DNA of 64,000 bases from an uncultured bacterium (lineage in GTDB: Bacteria > Oederibacteriota > JAAXVQ01 > JAUVAV01). Where the stretch lies: contig CAVQBK010000013.1 in the NCBI GenBank assembly GCA_963710755.1, positions 384,001-448,000 on the forward strand, written 5' to 3'. This document shows, piece by piece, positions 40,900 to 51,200 of this stretch (position 1 is its first letter; the number at the start of each line of letters is the position of its first letter). The position numbers and the translations under genes were made by a program. The notes beneath the pieces were generated by a model. That model was not told the origin of the DNA and searched no databases. It was given only the letters and a program-made list of their open reading frames with translations.

Positions 40900-41903
40900 C
40901 GTACCACGACCAGGGCGCCACGATAATGTACCTGCCCAGCAGTGATTAGATATAGGTAGGCCCCCGGTGCCACCAAACGGTCCTGCTCATCTCGACCGTT
41001 CCATCGGGCACTGTAAAAAGGACTGCTGCCCTGAAGGGACAAGGTTTTGATCAGCCGTCCATTGAGATTATAAGTAGCAACCTTGATCTCATCCGGTTTG
41101 AGATCGGATTCAAAAGTAACTTGCCACTGTTGCTGATAAGAGGCTCCTGGCGCAAAGGTCCGGCGATTGGTCTGTACGTTAACCAGCGGCCCCTGAACCG
41201 GATTCGAGGTCTCTGTGCTCGTGGGCGTAGAGGTCATGGTGACTATGGGTGTGGGGCTAAAGGTAGGCGTGATCGTCAACGTGGGCGTCACCGTCGCGCT
41301 GGGGGAACCGGTTGGCGTTACGGTATAGGTAGCACTGATGGTGGCCGTGGCCGAAATTGTGGGTGTGGACGTCATGGTGACAAAAGGTGTAGGGCTAAAG
41401 GTAGACGTGATGGTCAAGGTAGGTGTCACCGTCGCGCTGGGCGTGTACGTTACTGACTCCGTGGGGGTAGTGGTTGGTGTAGCTGTTGGTGTTATGGTAG
41501 CACTAGGTGTAAAGGTCACGGATTCCGTAGGTGTTTCAGTGAGGGTGTCGGTAAGGGTAACGGATGGCGTTGGTGTATAGGTGACGGATTCCGTGGGCGT
41601 TTCGGTAGGCGTAACCGTATAAGTAATCGTAGCTGTAGGCGTGAACGTAGCTGATTCCGTTGGCGTTTCGGTAGGAGTCTCCGTTAAAGTGATGGTACTG
41701 GTTGGCGTAAAAGTAGCAGATTCCGTTAGGGTTTGCGTGAGCGTGGCCGTAAGCGTAATGGTTGGAGTAGGTGTAAAGGTTGCTGATTCTGTTGGCGTTT
41801 CAGTGAAGGTAGGGGTGGGGGATTCACTCCAGACAAGATTACCCTGCACCAGACCCAGGGTCAATGCCATCATTCCGATTGCCAGCCCTTGTTTATACGT
41901 CAC
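40896..41903 (-). CDS. Secreted Thr/Pro-stalk protein with C-terminal FlgD-Ig/T9SS-CTD-like domain
   Basis: Signal peptide; about 200 aa of alternating T-x; C-terminal RTFAP...YNLNGRLIKTL...WNGRDEQDRLVAPGAYLY...GALVVVR. Confidence 0.82.
   Translation of the reverse strand: MTYKQGLAIGMMALTLGLVQGNLVWSESPTPTFTETPTESATFTPTPTITLTATLTQTLTESATFTPTSTITLTETPTETPTESATFTPTATITYTVTPTETPTESVTYTPTPSVTLTDTLTETPTESVTFTPSATITPTATPTTTPTESVTYTPSATVTPTLTITSTFSPTPFVTMTSTPTISATATISATYTVTPTGSPSATVTPTLTITPTFSPTPIVTMTSTPTSTETSNPVQGPLVNVQTNRRTFAPGASYQQQWQVTFESDLKPDEIKVATYNLNGRLIKTLSLQGSSPFYSARWNGRDEQDRLVAPGAYLYLITAGQVHYRGALVVVR
41430..41795 (-). repeat. 66-bp (22-aa) tandem repeat inside the Thr/Pro stalk, about 5.5 copies
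   Basis: TES codons recur at 41785, 41719, 41653, 41587, 41521 and 41455 (66-nt spacing). Confidence 0.8.
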
Positions 41904-41931
41904 TTAGCCCCCTTAAAAACCGAATAATTCA

Positions 41932-41960
41932 ATTATATAGAGAGGCTGGGTATTCGTCAA
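41932..41960 (-). promoter_or_regulatory. sigma70 promoter of the stalk-protein/PorV-like operon
   Basis: TTGACG-17 nt-TATAAT on the minus strand. Confidence 0.7.
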
Positions 41961-42042
41961 TATGGAGCTTTGAGAAGTGGATCAAAGGAACTGCGCGCAG
42001 CCGGTCACTTTCAGGATCAGAGGATGACTTGAATGCTGCTGT

Positions 42043-42411
42043 TTAGGCCGCAGGTTTTGAGGCCAAGGTAATTTTTTTCCAATACCAGTAATAGGCTAGA
42101 ACCACCAGAACACCTGCCCCCAGCACGGATGCCATAGAGATAGTTTTAAAAACATACATGGTAATTAACAACTGGTGGGATTGATTGAGCATATACAGGG
42201 GTGAGAGAAAACGGTAGACCACGAAATGGTTGATGGCACACAGGCACAAAAGTATACCCGCTGCCAGAGGACCGATCCACAACGGCGGGTGCTGCATAGC
42301 CTGATTAATTTTGCGATAGGCCAAACTACCATAGATCAAAGCCAAGCCGAATACAATAAAGCTGATCTCATATAAATAAAAGCTGGCTCGGTACATAATG
42401 TTTTGCATCAC
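42043..42411 (-). CDS. Small 3-TM hypothetical membrane protein
   Basis: Three hydrophobic helices; 4-nt overlap with the upstream gene. Confidence 0.7.
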   Translation of the reverse strand: MMQNIMYRASFYLYEISFIVFGLALIYGSLAYRKINQAMQHPPLWIGPLAAGILLCLCAINHFVVYRFLSPLYMLNQSHQLLITMYVFKTISMASVLGAGVLVVLAYYWYWKKITLASKPAA

Positions 42412-42761
42412 TGAAAATCCTGTTCCATTTTAATGATGTGCCGGTAAAAGTGTATTCCTGCCCACAGGCAAAGGCCGGCGGACCAAGTCAGAAAAGTATA
42501 ACCGATCCATAGTTCCAACACACCCATATTTTGATGGCGCAAGGTGGCAACGGTTTGCATGATAAGGTAAACCACCAATCCCAGAGGAGCAATCATTTGC
42601 ATCAACCAGTAAGTCGCTACCCCAAAGGTTTGTTCATAACGGCGTGCGATCAGACCCATGAGCACAAAACCCGCCCACAAGGTAAGTCCTCCGAAAACAG
42701 CCATAAAGCTGGTTAAATTGACGAATAAGAGGTATTGCCCGGCGGTCAGCACTTTTTCCAT
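42408..42761 (-). CDS. Small 3-TM hypothetical membrane protein
   Basis: Three hydrophobic helices, IARRYEQTFG motif; starts immediately after the stop of the upstream gene. Confidence 0.7.
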   Translation of the reverse strand: MEKVLTAGQYLLFVNLTSFMAVFGGLTLWAGFVLMGLIARRYEQTFGVATYWLMQMIAPLGLVVYLIMQTVATLRHQNMGVLELWIGYTFLTWSAGLCLWAGIHFYRHIIKMEQDFQ

Positions 42762-45056
42762 TTAGACCTCGTCCTCCATATCGTCTCTAAGATCATTCTC
42801 GATTTGGGCAATGATTTTGACATCTGCAATGGCTGTTGCATTTTTTAAAATACGTTTAACCATGGCCCGCGATTGTGCCCTGCTTATCGGCCGGCCGGTC
42901 GCCTGGGTTTGTTCTTGTTCCATGCGAAATAAAGCTTGGCCTAGAAATCCCATCTCTGCTTTAAAAATGGCCATGGCCCGTATAAGAAAATGATCGGGTG
43001 AATTTCCGGCAGAACCCACTTGCCCAGGCGGTACGGTCTCCGGGACGGTTGTGCTGGCCTCATCTTCCTCAATGCCCTCTCCAATGGAGACAGCTTCAGA
43101 CAGCGAAGATGGCTGTAGCGTCCCAGCCTTTCCAACATCAGTTCCGCTGGGGGCTGCGGAGGCCATCGATGATGGACGCAGCGTCCCTTTCCTTCCAATA
43201 TCTTCTCCAGTCGGGGCTGCAGAGGGCATCGAAGATGGCCGCAGCGTCCCAGCCTTTCCAACATCTTCTCCAGTCGGGGCTGCCGAAGGCGGTCTTGGCG
43301 CCTGAGGCGTCCCTTTCCCATCTATATCCTTACCGGTCGGGGCTGCGGAGGCCATCGAAGTTGGACGAGGCGTCCCAGCCTTTCCAACATCAGTTCCACT
43401 GGGGGCTGCGGAGGCCATCGATGATGGACGCAGCGTCCCTTTCCTTCCAATATCTTCTCCAGTCGGGGCTGCGGAGGCCATCGAAGTTGGACGAGGCGTC
43501 CCAGCCTTTCCAACATCTTCTCCAGTCGGGGCTGCCGAAGGCGGTCTTGGCGCCTGAGGCGTCCCTTTCCCATCTATATCCTTACCGGTCGGGGCTGCGG
43601 AGGCCATCGATGATGGACGCAGCGTCCCTTTCCTTCCAATATCTTCTCCAGTTGGGGCTGCCGAAGGCGGTCTTGGCGCCTGAGGCGTCCCTTTCCCATC
43701 TATATCCTTACCGGTCGGGGCTGCGGAGGCCATCGAAGATGGACGCAGCGTCCCTTTCCTTCCAATATCTTCTCCAGTCGGGGCTGCCGAAGGCGGTCTT
43801 GGCGCCTGAGGCGTCCCTTTCCCATCTATATCCTTACCGGTCGGGGCTGCGGAGGCCATCGAAGTTGGACGAAGCGTCCCAGCCTTTCCAACATCAGTTC
43901 CGCTGGGGGCTGCGGAGGCCATCGAAGTTGGACGAAGCGTCCCAGCCTTTCCAACATCTTCTCCAGTCGGGGCTGCCGAAGAGGTCACTTTCTTTCCGCT
44001 ATTTTTATCGGTCGACACCACATCTTGTTGGCTTTGATTAACCTGTTTGAGATCAGATTCAGCCGGTGTGCTTTCAAGGATCAGGTCATCGGCTTTTAAG
44101 CTTAAGGTTTCTTCAGCAATTTCTCTAATTACACTTTGGGCTGGCGAGCGTTTTTCCTGTTGCACCACTGGTTCACGCTTCAACAACGGCTTGACGGCGA
44201 TCGGCTTTTTTTTGCCTTCAATAGATTCCTGAGCTTGTAATACACGCTCAATGGTCACTGGCATGGGCAGATGGCTGTCAATAATATCCATTAAAATTTC
44301 CCAGCCCCCGCTGACCCAGTCCAGCACTTTCTGAAGATTGGTGATCAAAATGCCATTGTCCTGAGAATATCCGCCAAAGAATCGACCTTGGTAAAAAACC
44401 ACAATGGCCAATTCGATATCCGACCCTTTGCGGGTATAAGATTGCCGGTCCAGGGCATCTTCCAACTCGGACGGTGCGATGGCGCCAATCTCCACCAAAG
44501 CATCCCCCAGTCTTTTGGCGCCGGCTTGGGATAGTTGCAGGCGTACAGCCTCTTTAAGTTGTTCCGGAGAGATTTTGTTCATGCGCAGCAGAAGGTTACC
44601 GAGACGCGTATTATTGCGAATGCGGTAAAAACGGAGAACGCCGGAGAATTTTTTTTGAGCCAGGGTCTCCACTAATTTGTGCATATCGAGGAAGGAGCTT
44701 TCCAGTTCGCGTTGTACGGCCGGCGGTGTTTCCAGAGCACTAAGGGCTTCAATGATTTCTGAGGGCAAGTTATAAATATTGATGACTGTATCGCGTTCTC
44801 TGGTTTCGCTCTGGAGAAAATGACGGATGATTTGTTCTTTGGTGAGATTTAATTCATCAGTGCCTTCATAGTAACAGGACAATACCCGTCCTTGAACAAA
44901 AACAATCAGGCCTTTTTCATGCAAGGCCAGGATTTCCACATAACCGCTGAAAGACTCCTCCATCAATCCTCGGATCAAGGCAGTCATATCAGTGGCACGA
45001 TAATTTAAGTTTTCAGCTTTTACTTCGCCTTTAGGCAAGTAAAGTAAGGGCCACAA
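42762..45056 (-). CDS. Cytoplasmic protein: tandem PATAN/DUF2226-like repeats, inserted MshEN module, 21-aa tandem-repeat linker, small helical C-terminal domain
   Basis: Two FSG-containing repeats (FSGYVEI...VFVQG; FSGVLRF...VFYQG); RLGNLLL...RLGDALV...LDRQ; 14 SAAP repeats. Confidence 0.7.
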   Translation of the reverse strand: MWPLLYLPKGEVKAENLNYRATDMTALIRGLMEESFSGYVEILALHEKGLIVFVQGRVLSCYYEGTDELNLTKEQIIRHFLQSETRERDTVINIYNLPSEIIEALSALETPPAVQRELESSFLDMHKLVETLAQKKFSGVLRFYRIRNNTRLGNLLLRMNKISPEQLKEAVRLQLSQAGAKRLGDALVEIGAIAPSELEDALDRQSYTRKGSDIELAIVVFYQGRFFGGYSQDNGILITNLQKVLDWVSGGWEILMDIIDSHLPMPVTIERVLQAQESIEGKKKPIAVKPLLKREPVVQQEKRSPAQSVIREIAEETLSLKADDLILESTPAESDLKQVNQSQQDVVSTDKNSGKKVTSSAAPTGEDVGKAGTLRPTSMASAAPSGTDVGKAGTLRPTSMASAAPTGKDIDGKGTPQAPRPPSAAPTGEDIGRKGTLRPSSMASAAPTGKDIDGKGTPQAPRPPSAAPTGEDIGRKGTLRPSSMASAAPTGKDIDGKGTPQAPRPPSAAPTGEDVGKAGTPRPTSMASAAPTGEDIGRKGTLRPSSMASAAPSGTDVGKAGTPRPTSMASAAPTGKDIDGKGTPQAPRPPSAAPTGEDVGKAGTLRPSSMPSAAPTGEDIGRKGTLRPSSMASAAPSGTDVGKAGTLQPSSLSEAVSIGEGIEEDEASTTVPETVPPGQVGSAGNSPDHFLIRAMAIFKAEMGFLGQALFRMEQEQTQATGRPISRAQSRAMVKRILKNATAIADVKIIAQIENDLRDDMEDEV
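43098..43979 (-). repeat. Intragenic 63-bp tandem repeat, 14 copies, four unit types
   Basis: Units begin SAAP(T/S)G; order A B C D C D C A D B C A D B; copies nearly identical at DNA level. Confidence 0.95.
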
Positions 45057-45115
45057 TGGTTTTGCTCCAAAAGTTGGAATATAGGCCAGCGGTCAAGACT
45101 AAATAAGCGGGTTTA

Positions 45116-45145
45116 ATGATACCACCGGTAAAAAGCGATCGTCAA
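45116..45145 (-). promoter_or_regulatory. sigma70 promoter of the MshEN/membrane-pair operon
   Basis: TTGACG-18 nt-(TGG)TATCAT on the minus strand. Confidence 0.55.
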
Positions 45146-45284
45146 CAGGTAATGGCCTGGAACGTGGGCAGGCGCGCTGTTTTTTTTTGGTATTTTCATG
45201 GTAAACGGTTGATCTTGTGACAGTTGGCCTTTAGACCCAGTAGAGGGTGGCAATAATGGCGTCCACTATTGGCGCTATTTTTTG

Positions 45285-48200
45285 TTAGGCAGCTGTATTG
45301 AGAGAACGCAGCAAACGTTGTTGGCGTTTGTGCATCTTTTCCTCGTCATTGGCAAGCAAATGATGGAGGCGTCGGCTCAAGCTTGGATTTGCCCATAACC
45401 ATCGAGGCATGGAGATAAATCCCACCCCTTTAATATAACGATTTTGACGCAGGGCTTTAAGATCACCCAACATCAGCATCAGTAGCTGAACCCCTTGCTG
45501 CCGGCTTCGGACGTCCTTAGCCGCCTCCAAAACATCCAGCCAGTCGCTGACAAAGCTGTCAAGCTGCCCCCATTCTTCCCATTGTTTCAGATCATTTTTC
45601 TGAAGCCAAAAGCTTTGGGCCAGCGTGCGTACTAGCGGCGTGAGCGGCTGACTTCCAAAAAAGAGGTGCAACTTTGACTGCCAAGTCCCTGCGCCGTAAA
45701 TCAGAAGCAATTGCCGGCGCCAGTGGATGAAGCTGCCGCCAAGACGGCTGGTTTGCCAATTCAAGCGTAACCGGGTCACCCAGCTTAAGTTGGAGCGGTC
45801 GGCGGCAAGTGTGATGTTCAAGTGTTGATAGTCTAAAATAGCTTTAATGACGCCTTTTTTATCAGCTGCCTTGTCAAGTGATGGATCAAGGCTGACTTTA
45901 TCAATAGGTGCTTTCCGGCCAGGTTTAAAAGCTTGATCCCAAATCATTAACCCTACTGCGACAATGCCTGTACCTATAAGTACCGCGCCTAAAACAGGCG
46001 CTGTGACTGCTGTACCAAAAGCCAAGGTTATAATTCCTGCCACCGCCAGAAGCAATGAAGAAAGACCCAACAACAATTGTGGTGACGCGATGAATCCGTC
46101 TTGTTTTTTTGTTTTCCCATTCAATTGGTTATTATTCATGCTGGGGACAATCCCATTTTGAATCATCTGATCAATAAGTATTTCCTTGATTCGCCGGAAA
46201 GTTGCCTCTTGTTTGTTTTTCCAAAAAGCTTGCGGAAAGGTAACTGCTTCAAATGTTCTTGGTAAAGACCGCTCTTGCTCATGGCGAAACAGTACCGTTG
46301 TTTCCACATCCCAAAGAGGGGTCAATTCGGTGAGCTCTTGCGGCGTACCCATAATGATAACCCGTTTATCCTTGAATAGTTTAAAATATTCCTTGACCAA
46401 GGATTTGCCTGCCTGCAAATCGGCAATTTTATCGATTATTTCAGTTGGTACCTGCTGACTTAAATTATTTAATTCCCCATACAAATCGTGCGGTGTGATT
46501 TGCCGGATATCCCTCGATTTAACATCCCCCTTATCGAGGTCCGATGTTTTTTCAATCTTAACCTTAATGGCCAAGGCAATTAGTTTAAAAACATCTTTAA
46601 TATTGATGGCGTGAGCACTGTGTAGGGAAGCCTGATTTTTTATAAAGTCTCGCATTGACTGTTCGTCATCGGAATCAACTTCATTAAAGGCAATCTTCAC
46701 TGACCAAGGAATGGTATCCAAAACATTTTGTTTCATTATGGTGTAGGCCGGCCTGGTACTGTATTCGCCAATCATATCGGGCAAAACCGTAATTTCAACC
46801 GTGTACGGCCTGTCATCAATTATACTTGGTGCAATTTTCAAAGTATATTTATAATAATCAGCAAACTGTTCAGGATTAAGCGGGTCAGTTTGTATCTTCA
46901 TGCTGATCAATTTGCCGTGCGTATCCCTTTGACCATCGATATGAAAGAACTTCTTTTCAACTTGACATTGATCGCCAGAACAAAAAGTTTCTTCCAAAGC
47001 TTGAATGGTTTTTTGAAATTCCTCCCAATTTCCCGTTACCAGCCGGAGACCAATAACATCATCAGTAATAGCATTGATGGCTTTCTCAGTATAAATTTTT
47101 GGATCTCCAAGCGGAGGCGGATTTTCCGCCCACGGCTTATATCGAGTCCATTTGGTTCTATTCGCCATATTCATAAGAATGGAAAAGGCTTCTTTTATCC
47201 TGCCTTCTATGGTCACTGAGTTCAAATCGTGGTCGTGCAACATGGTACTTAAGCGATTTTGATTATCGACCAAATTTCTTTTCCTACTGGGATAATCAAC
47301 TGCTGTTGTAATAGCACTTAAAACCACATGGGCGTCGATTTCAGGATGGTCTTCAAAAAATTGTTGTTGTATGGCTTGGCTATTTTGAGTTCCATACAAT
47401 TGATTTAAGATTTCCAAAATAGCCGTTGTTTCCTGCTCCAGCTTTGTTCCAGAAGCATGCCTCTCCTGTAAAGCGATAGTTTTGGCATACCAAAAGGCTG
47501 TGGCCAATTGTTCGGGTTCCATATTTTTAAGTGTTTCCATATTGTCCTGCAATAAAAATACCAATTTAGGAATTCTCTGACGCCGCTGCGCAGGGTTCAT
47601 GTTATAAACCTGTTCAATGGTGCTTAAAAACCAATCTTGAAATAATGCTTCATATCTATTCATAAGAATGGAGGCTCTGGGAATCCCCATGGCCATTTCC
47701 TTGTCCCATTGGGTTGTTACATCCTTTTCCGCCGCCTTTTGCATTCCCAATAGGTTTAGGGAGGCACGTTTCGCTTTTATCACTAAATGGCTGCTTTGGC
47801 GGCGAGCTTCTCGAAGTGCTTCCAAAGCAGCAGCCTTAAGGTCTGGTAATTGCTTGGTTTCAAAACCGCCAGCAATGCCAAAAGAAATCCGTGGTACAGG
47901 GATATAATTATTATTGAATCCAGGGATATCCCCGATTTGTCCTTGGACATCCGCGAGGGTTTGATTTTGTTCAAGAAATCTATTGCTTTTTAAATAACTT
48001 TCTATTTTCTTCATTTGTACATAATTTTTAATATCAACCATCACTTGAGCCAAAGGTTTGCCATTAACGCTCTCACCAATACCAATAACAGCATTTTCCT
48101 CGAATATGGTTATCCCGCCAAGGAGTTTCTCCCATTCTTTCCGTTCTTGCGCGCTCAGTTTTTGGGGGATGGCAAAGGTCATCAACCGGTAACGGTGGTG

Positions 48201-51200
48201 GATATCAGCATGCAACTGAAATTGGATATCTTGTAAGAGTTCTTGAACCTTCTTAACCGAATTAGAATTTACGGCAAAGCCAATATACCCGTGCTCACTG
48301 TTTTCTGCATAAACGGTAACAGTTTTCTGCTGACTCTTGGTCTGCGTGGTCAACTCGTTAATTTTTTTCAAAACAATCTTATAGTAGTCTTGGGCGATTT
48401 CTTCCCCATATAGGTCCTTGATCAAGGGAAAGGAATCGATTTCTATGATGGTATAAATCACCTTCTCCGATCTTTTCAACAACTTGCGCAATTTAGCTTC
48501 CGCATTTGCTCTAGCCTGCAAAGGAGGTGTTGCTGTTCCAGCAACATTTTTCATGGTTCCCAAGGCGGCAAAGCTTATAGTGCCAAAAAGAATATTGTTT
48601 AACCACGCTGTCATATCTGGTGTTTGGGCAGCCATTTGTTTAAGCGTTTCAGTTGCTGTGGCGGCTGCGGCCGGGCCTGGTAAAACCATAAGGCTGGCTA
48701 GCACACTAATAATTAATATACCCACAATGGCTGGACCAATAGGTTTAAATGGTGCCACCAGGTGACTTACAACTCCTGGTAAATTCAGTAATAGCTGCCA
48801 AATCCGCTCAAACGGATTTTTCAGATGATGGCCTTGGGCCGTGAGCAGTGGACGGAGGCGGAGTACATTGACCGCACTGTGAAGCATGACCGATAAAGCA
48901 AACCCAACGATCGCGCTGAAGGGCGTTAGTCCCAGGAGAAGTGCCGGTAAGATCATGACAGCACCTAATAATGTACCCACAGCGCTTAATCCCAACTTTC
49001 CCCCAAAACTGCGGCCAGGATGAAGCATGGCAAAGACCACAGCATTGATGCTGATGAGCCCCGCCAAAGTGGGCACAGCTACTCCAAAAAAGAGACCCAA
49101 CACTATCGGCGTAAAGATGACCGTTTCCCAAACAGGCGCGCGGAGAAATGGTTCCCCAAGCCAGGCTTTGAGCCGCCCCAAACGGCTGGAAGGCTTTTGG
49201 TCAAAACTGTTTAAAAAAGCGGTAAAGAAAATAACTGCTGGTTGAGGTTGTTGGGTCAAAAGGTTGTTTATTAAATTCCCAACCATTCTACTGACTTCAT
49301 GGGCATTTAAGATGCGGTTGCTTTTAATTTCTTTACGCTCATTAAAGGACATACTAGGAAGTTTTTCAAAAGGAATTTCCAAGTAAGTCGCAAATATTTT
49401 CATAAAGGTTTCACCCAGAGAACCATTCCATGTGGAAGGCTGTTGTAAGATATCCAGTGAGGCTTTGAGCAAGCGGGAATGAATAAGTTCCATAAATGTC
49501 CGGCGCTGGGCCAATTCTTTTTGGGCTGTCTTTTTCTTGGATCCCAAAATATTCTGGATCTCTATCGAGGTCGTCTCACCTGAAATCCGCTCTTTCAACA
49601 AGGTCAGCGCTTGCTGGAAATAAACTTCCTGAGCCCTGGCGCCCTCATGAACTTCTTTGGCCAAGGTCTCTAGCCGGCCAACCACGCTGGCGGCCTGTTC
49701 AAAACTTAAAGCAGACTCGATATTCTCCCCTGACAATTTGTAGCGTTCTCCAAAGACTCGCATAAAACGATCGGCCAACCATTCGTGGAGCAAACCGGTC
49801 ATGAAATGCCAATAGCGGTCGACCCCCCTATTTTCCAAAATATTATGTCCGTGTTCATGAGCCAAAAGATAAAATAATATTTCCGCTTGATTGGTGGCTT
49901 TGCGTAAAAGTTGACCACCCATTTGATAAGCACTGTTGAAGGTATTAGAGTAAGGTTCTGCCCGGGCCTGCTTGATCTTGCGGGCAATGGAAAAGACGTC
50001 CTGTTGACTTATTACCGGCTGATCAAGGTGCTGGCTATAGTTGATCGCATCCAACCAGGAGGCTGTGGCAAATATCTGGGCTTTGAGATCAGCCAGCGGC
50101 TCCTGCCCCGCATAAACCTGAGCTACCCACTGTTGGTTATTATTGATCAGATGCTGGATATAACGCTCAATCATAGACTTACCGTGGTGGCCATTTAATC
50201 CCTGTAGAAGACCATTAAACTCTTTCGATTTTTTCGCTCGTTCGGTCTCATCCATCTGGTTCCATGCCGGCTGCAGGTTCAGATACTCCAACATGGCCAT
50301 CAATCTTAATTCAAAATAGTCTACTTTTTTACTAGGATCCCGGGGCTGCTGCTGATCCATAATAAGGTCTTTAAGCAAGGCTTCCCGGCCAAGTGCAGCC
50401 TGCCGTTCGAGGATAAGTAATGCTATATTTTTATCATACCCTTCATGCTCCCCACGCAAATAAGCTTTAACCGTGTTAACCTCTGCCGAAGGGTAGAATA
50501 GGTTTTTTACCGTTTTTTTTATTTTGGATTGTTTTGTAAGATCGTCAATATCGCGGCCAACCCAGGCGTTAATGAAATTATCTTCTATCCCCGGAAGACT
50601 GATGATCTTGGCCGCAGTATTAATAACATTGGTTGCATAGGATAAAGAAGGATTCTGGAGTGCAAAGGTCAAGACGGTTGACAACTTACTGTCTGAAAAT
50701 GGTTGTTGGACTCCCGTAAAATCTGCACAATAGCCTAACAAGGCCAGTCTCCTTGTGACGGCTTCACTTTCATTATGCAGAGCGTTTTCCAGCGCGTTGA
50801 TCGACTCGTTATAAGAAGTTTGGTCAGAAAAGTATTTTTCCAGTACAGACTTAATACTACTTCGGTAATAGGTTGACGATTTAAGGGTCTTCCGCAATTG
50901 TCGGAACTGATCATGTTGTTTGGCAAGATTCAAAGCCAATGTTAATTCTTCCAAACGCAGGAAATGAGCTCGCCAATCGGTTTGTTGGTAAACAAAGTTT
51001 TCCCAACGTTTCCGCCGTTGATTGTCCATCCCGTAAAATGCTGGTGCGTTTTCTACCATGGCTTGCAACAGCCGCTCTTGATATTGCGCAATGGCAAGGC
51101 GTCTTTCGGCACTTTTTTCGACTTTTTTCAAATCGGCGAATTGTCCATACAAATTACCGGCCACCGTCACCATTTTTTTATCTACATCAGAGACTGATAA

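Noticed and set aside
43098-43979. Possible CRISPR array
   Set aside because: The units are contiguous and in frame, with no unique spacers and no cas genes; this is a coding minisatellite.
42998-44041. 347-aa plus-strand repetitive ORF
   Set aside because: Antisense reading of the stop-free 63-bp repeat.
45195-45280. Possible c-di-GMP-I riboswitch (minus-strand GGGTCTAAAGG...AAGATCAACCGTTTACC)
   Set aside because: Only a 3'-half resemblance; the GGCAAA...GAAA...CGCAAAG 5' half is missing, and it lies upstream of the predicted promoter.
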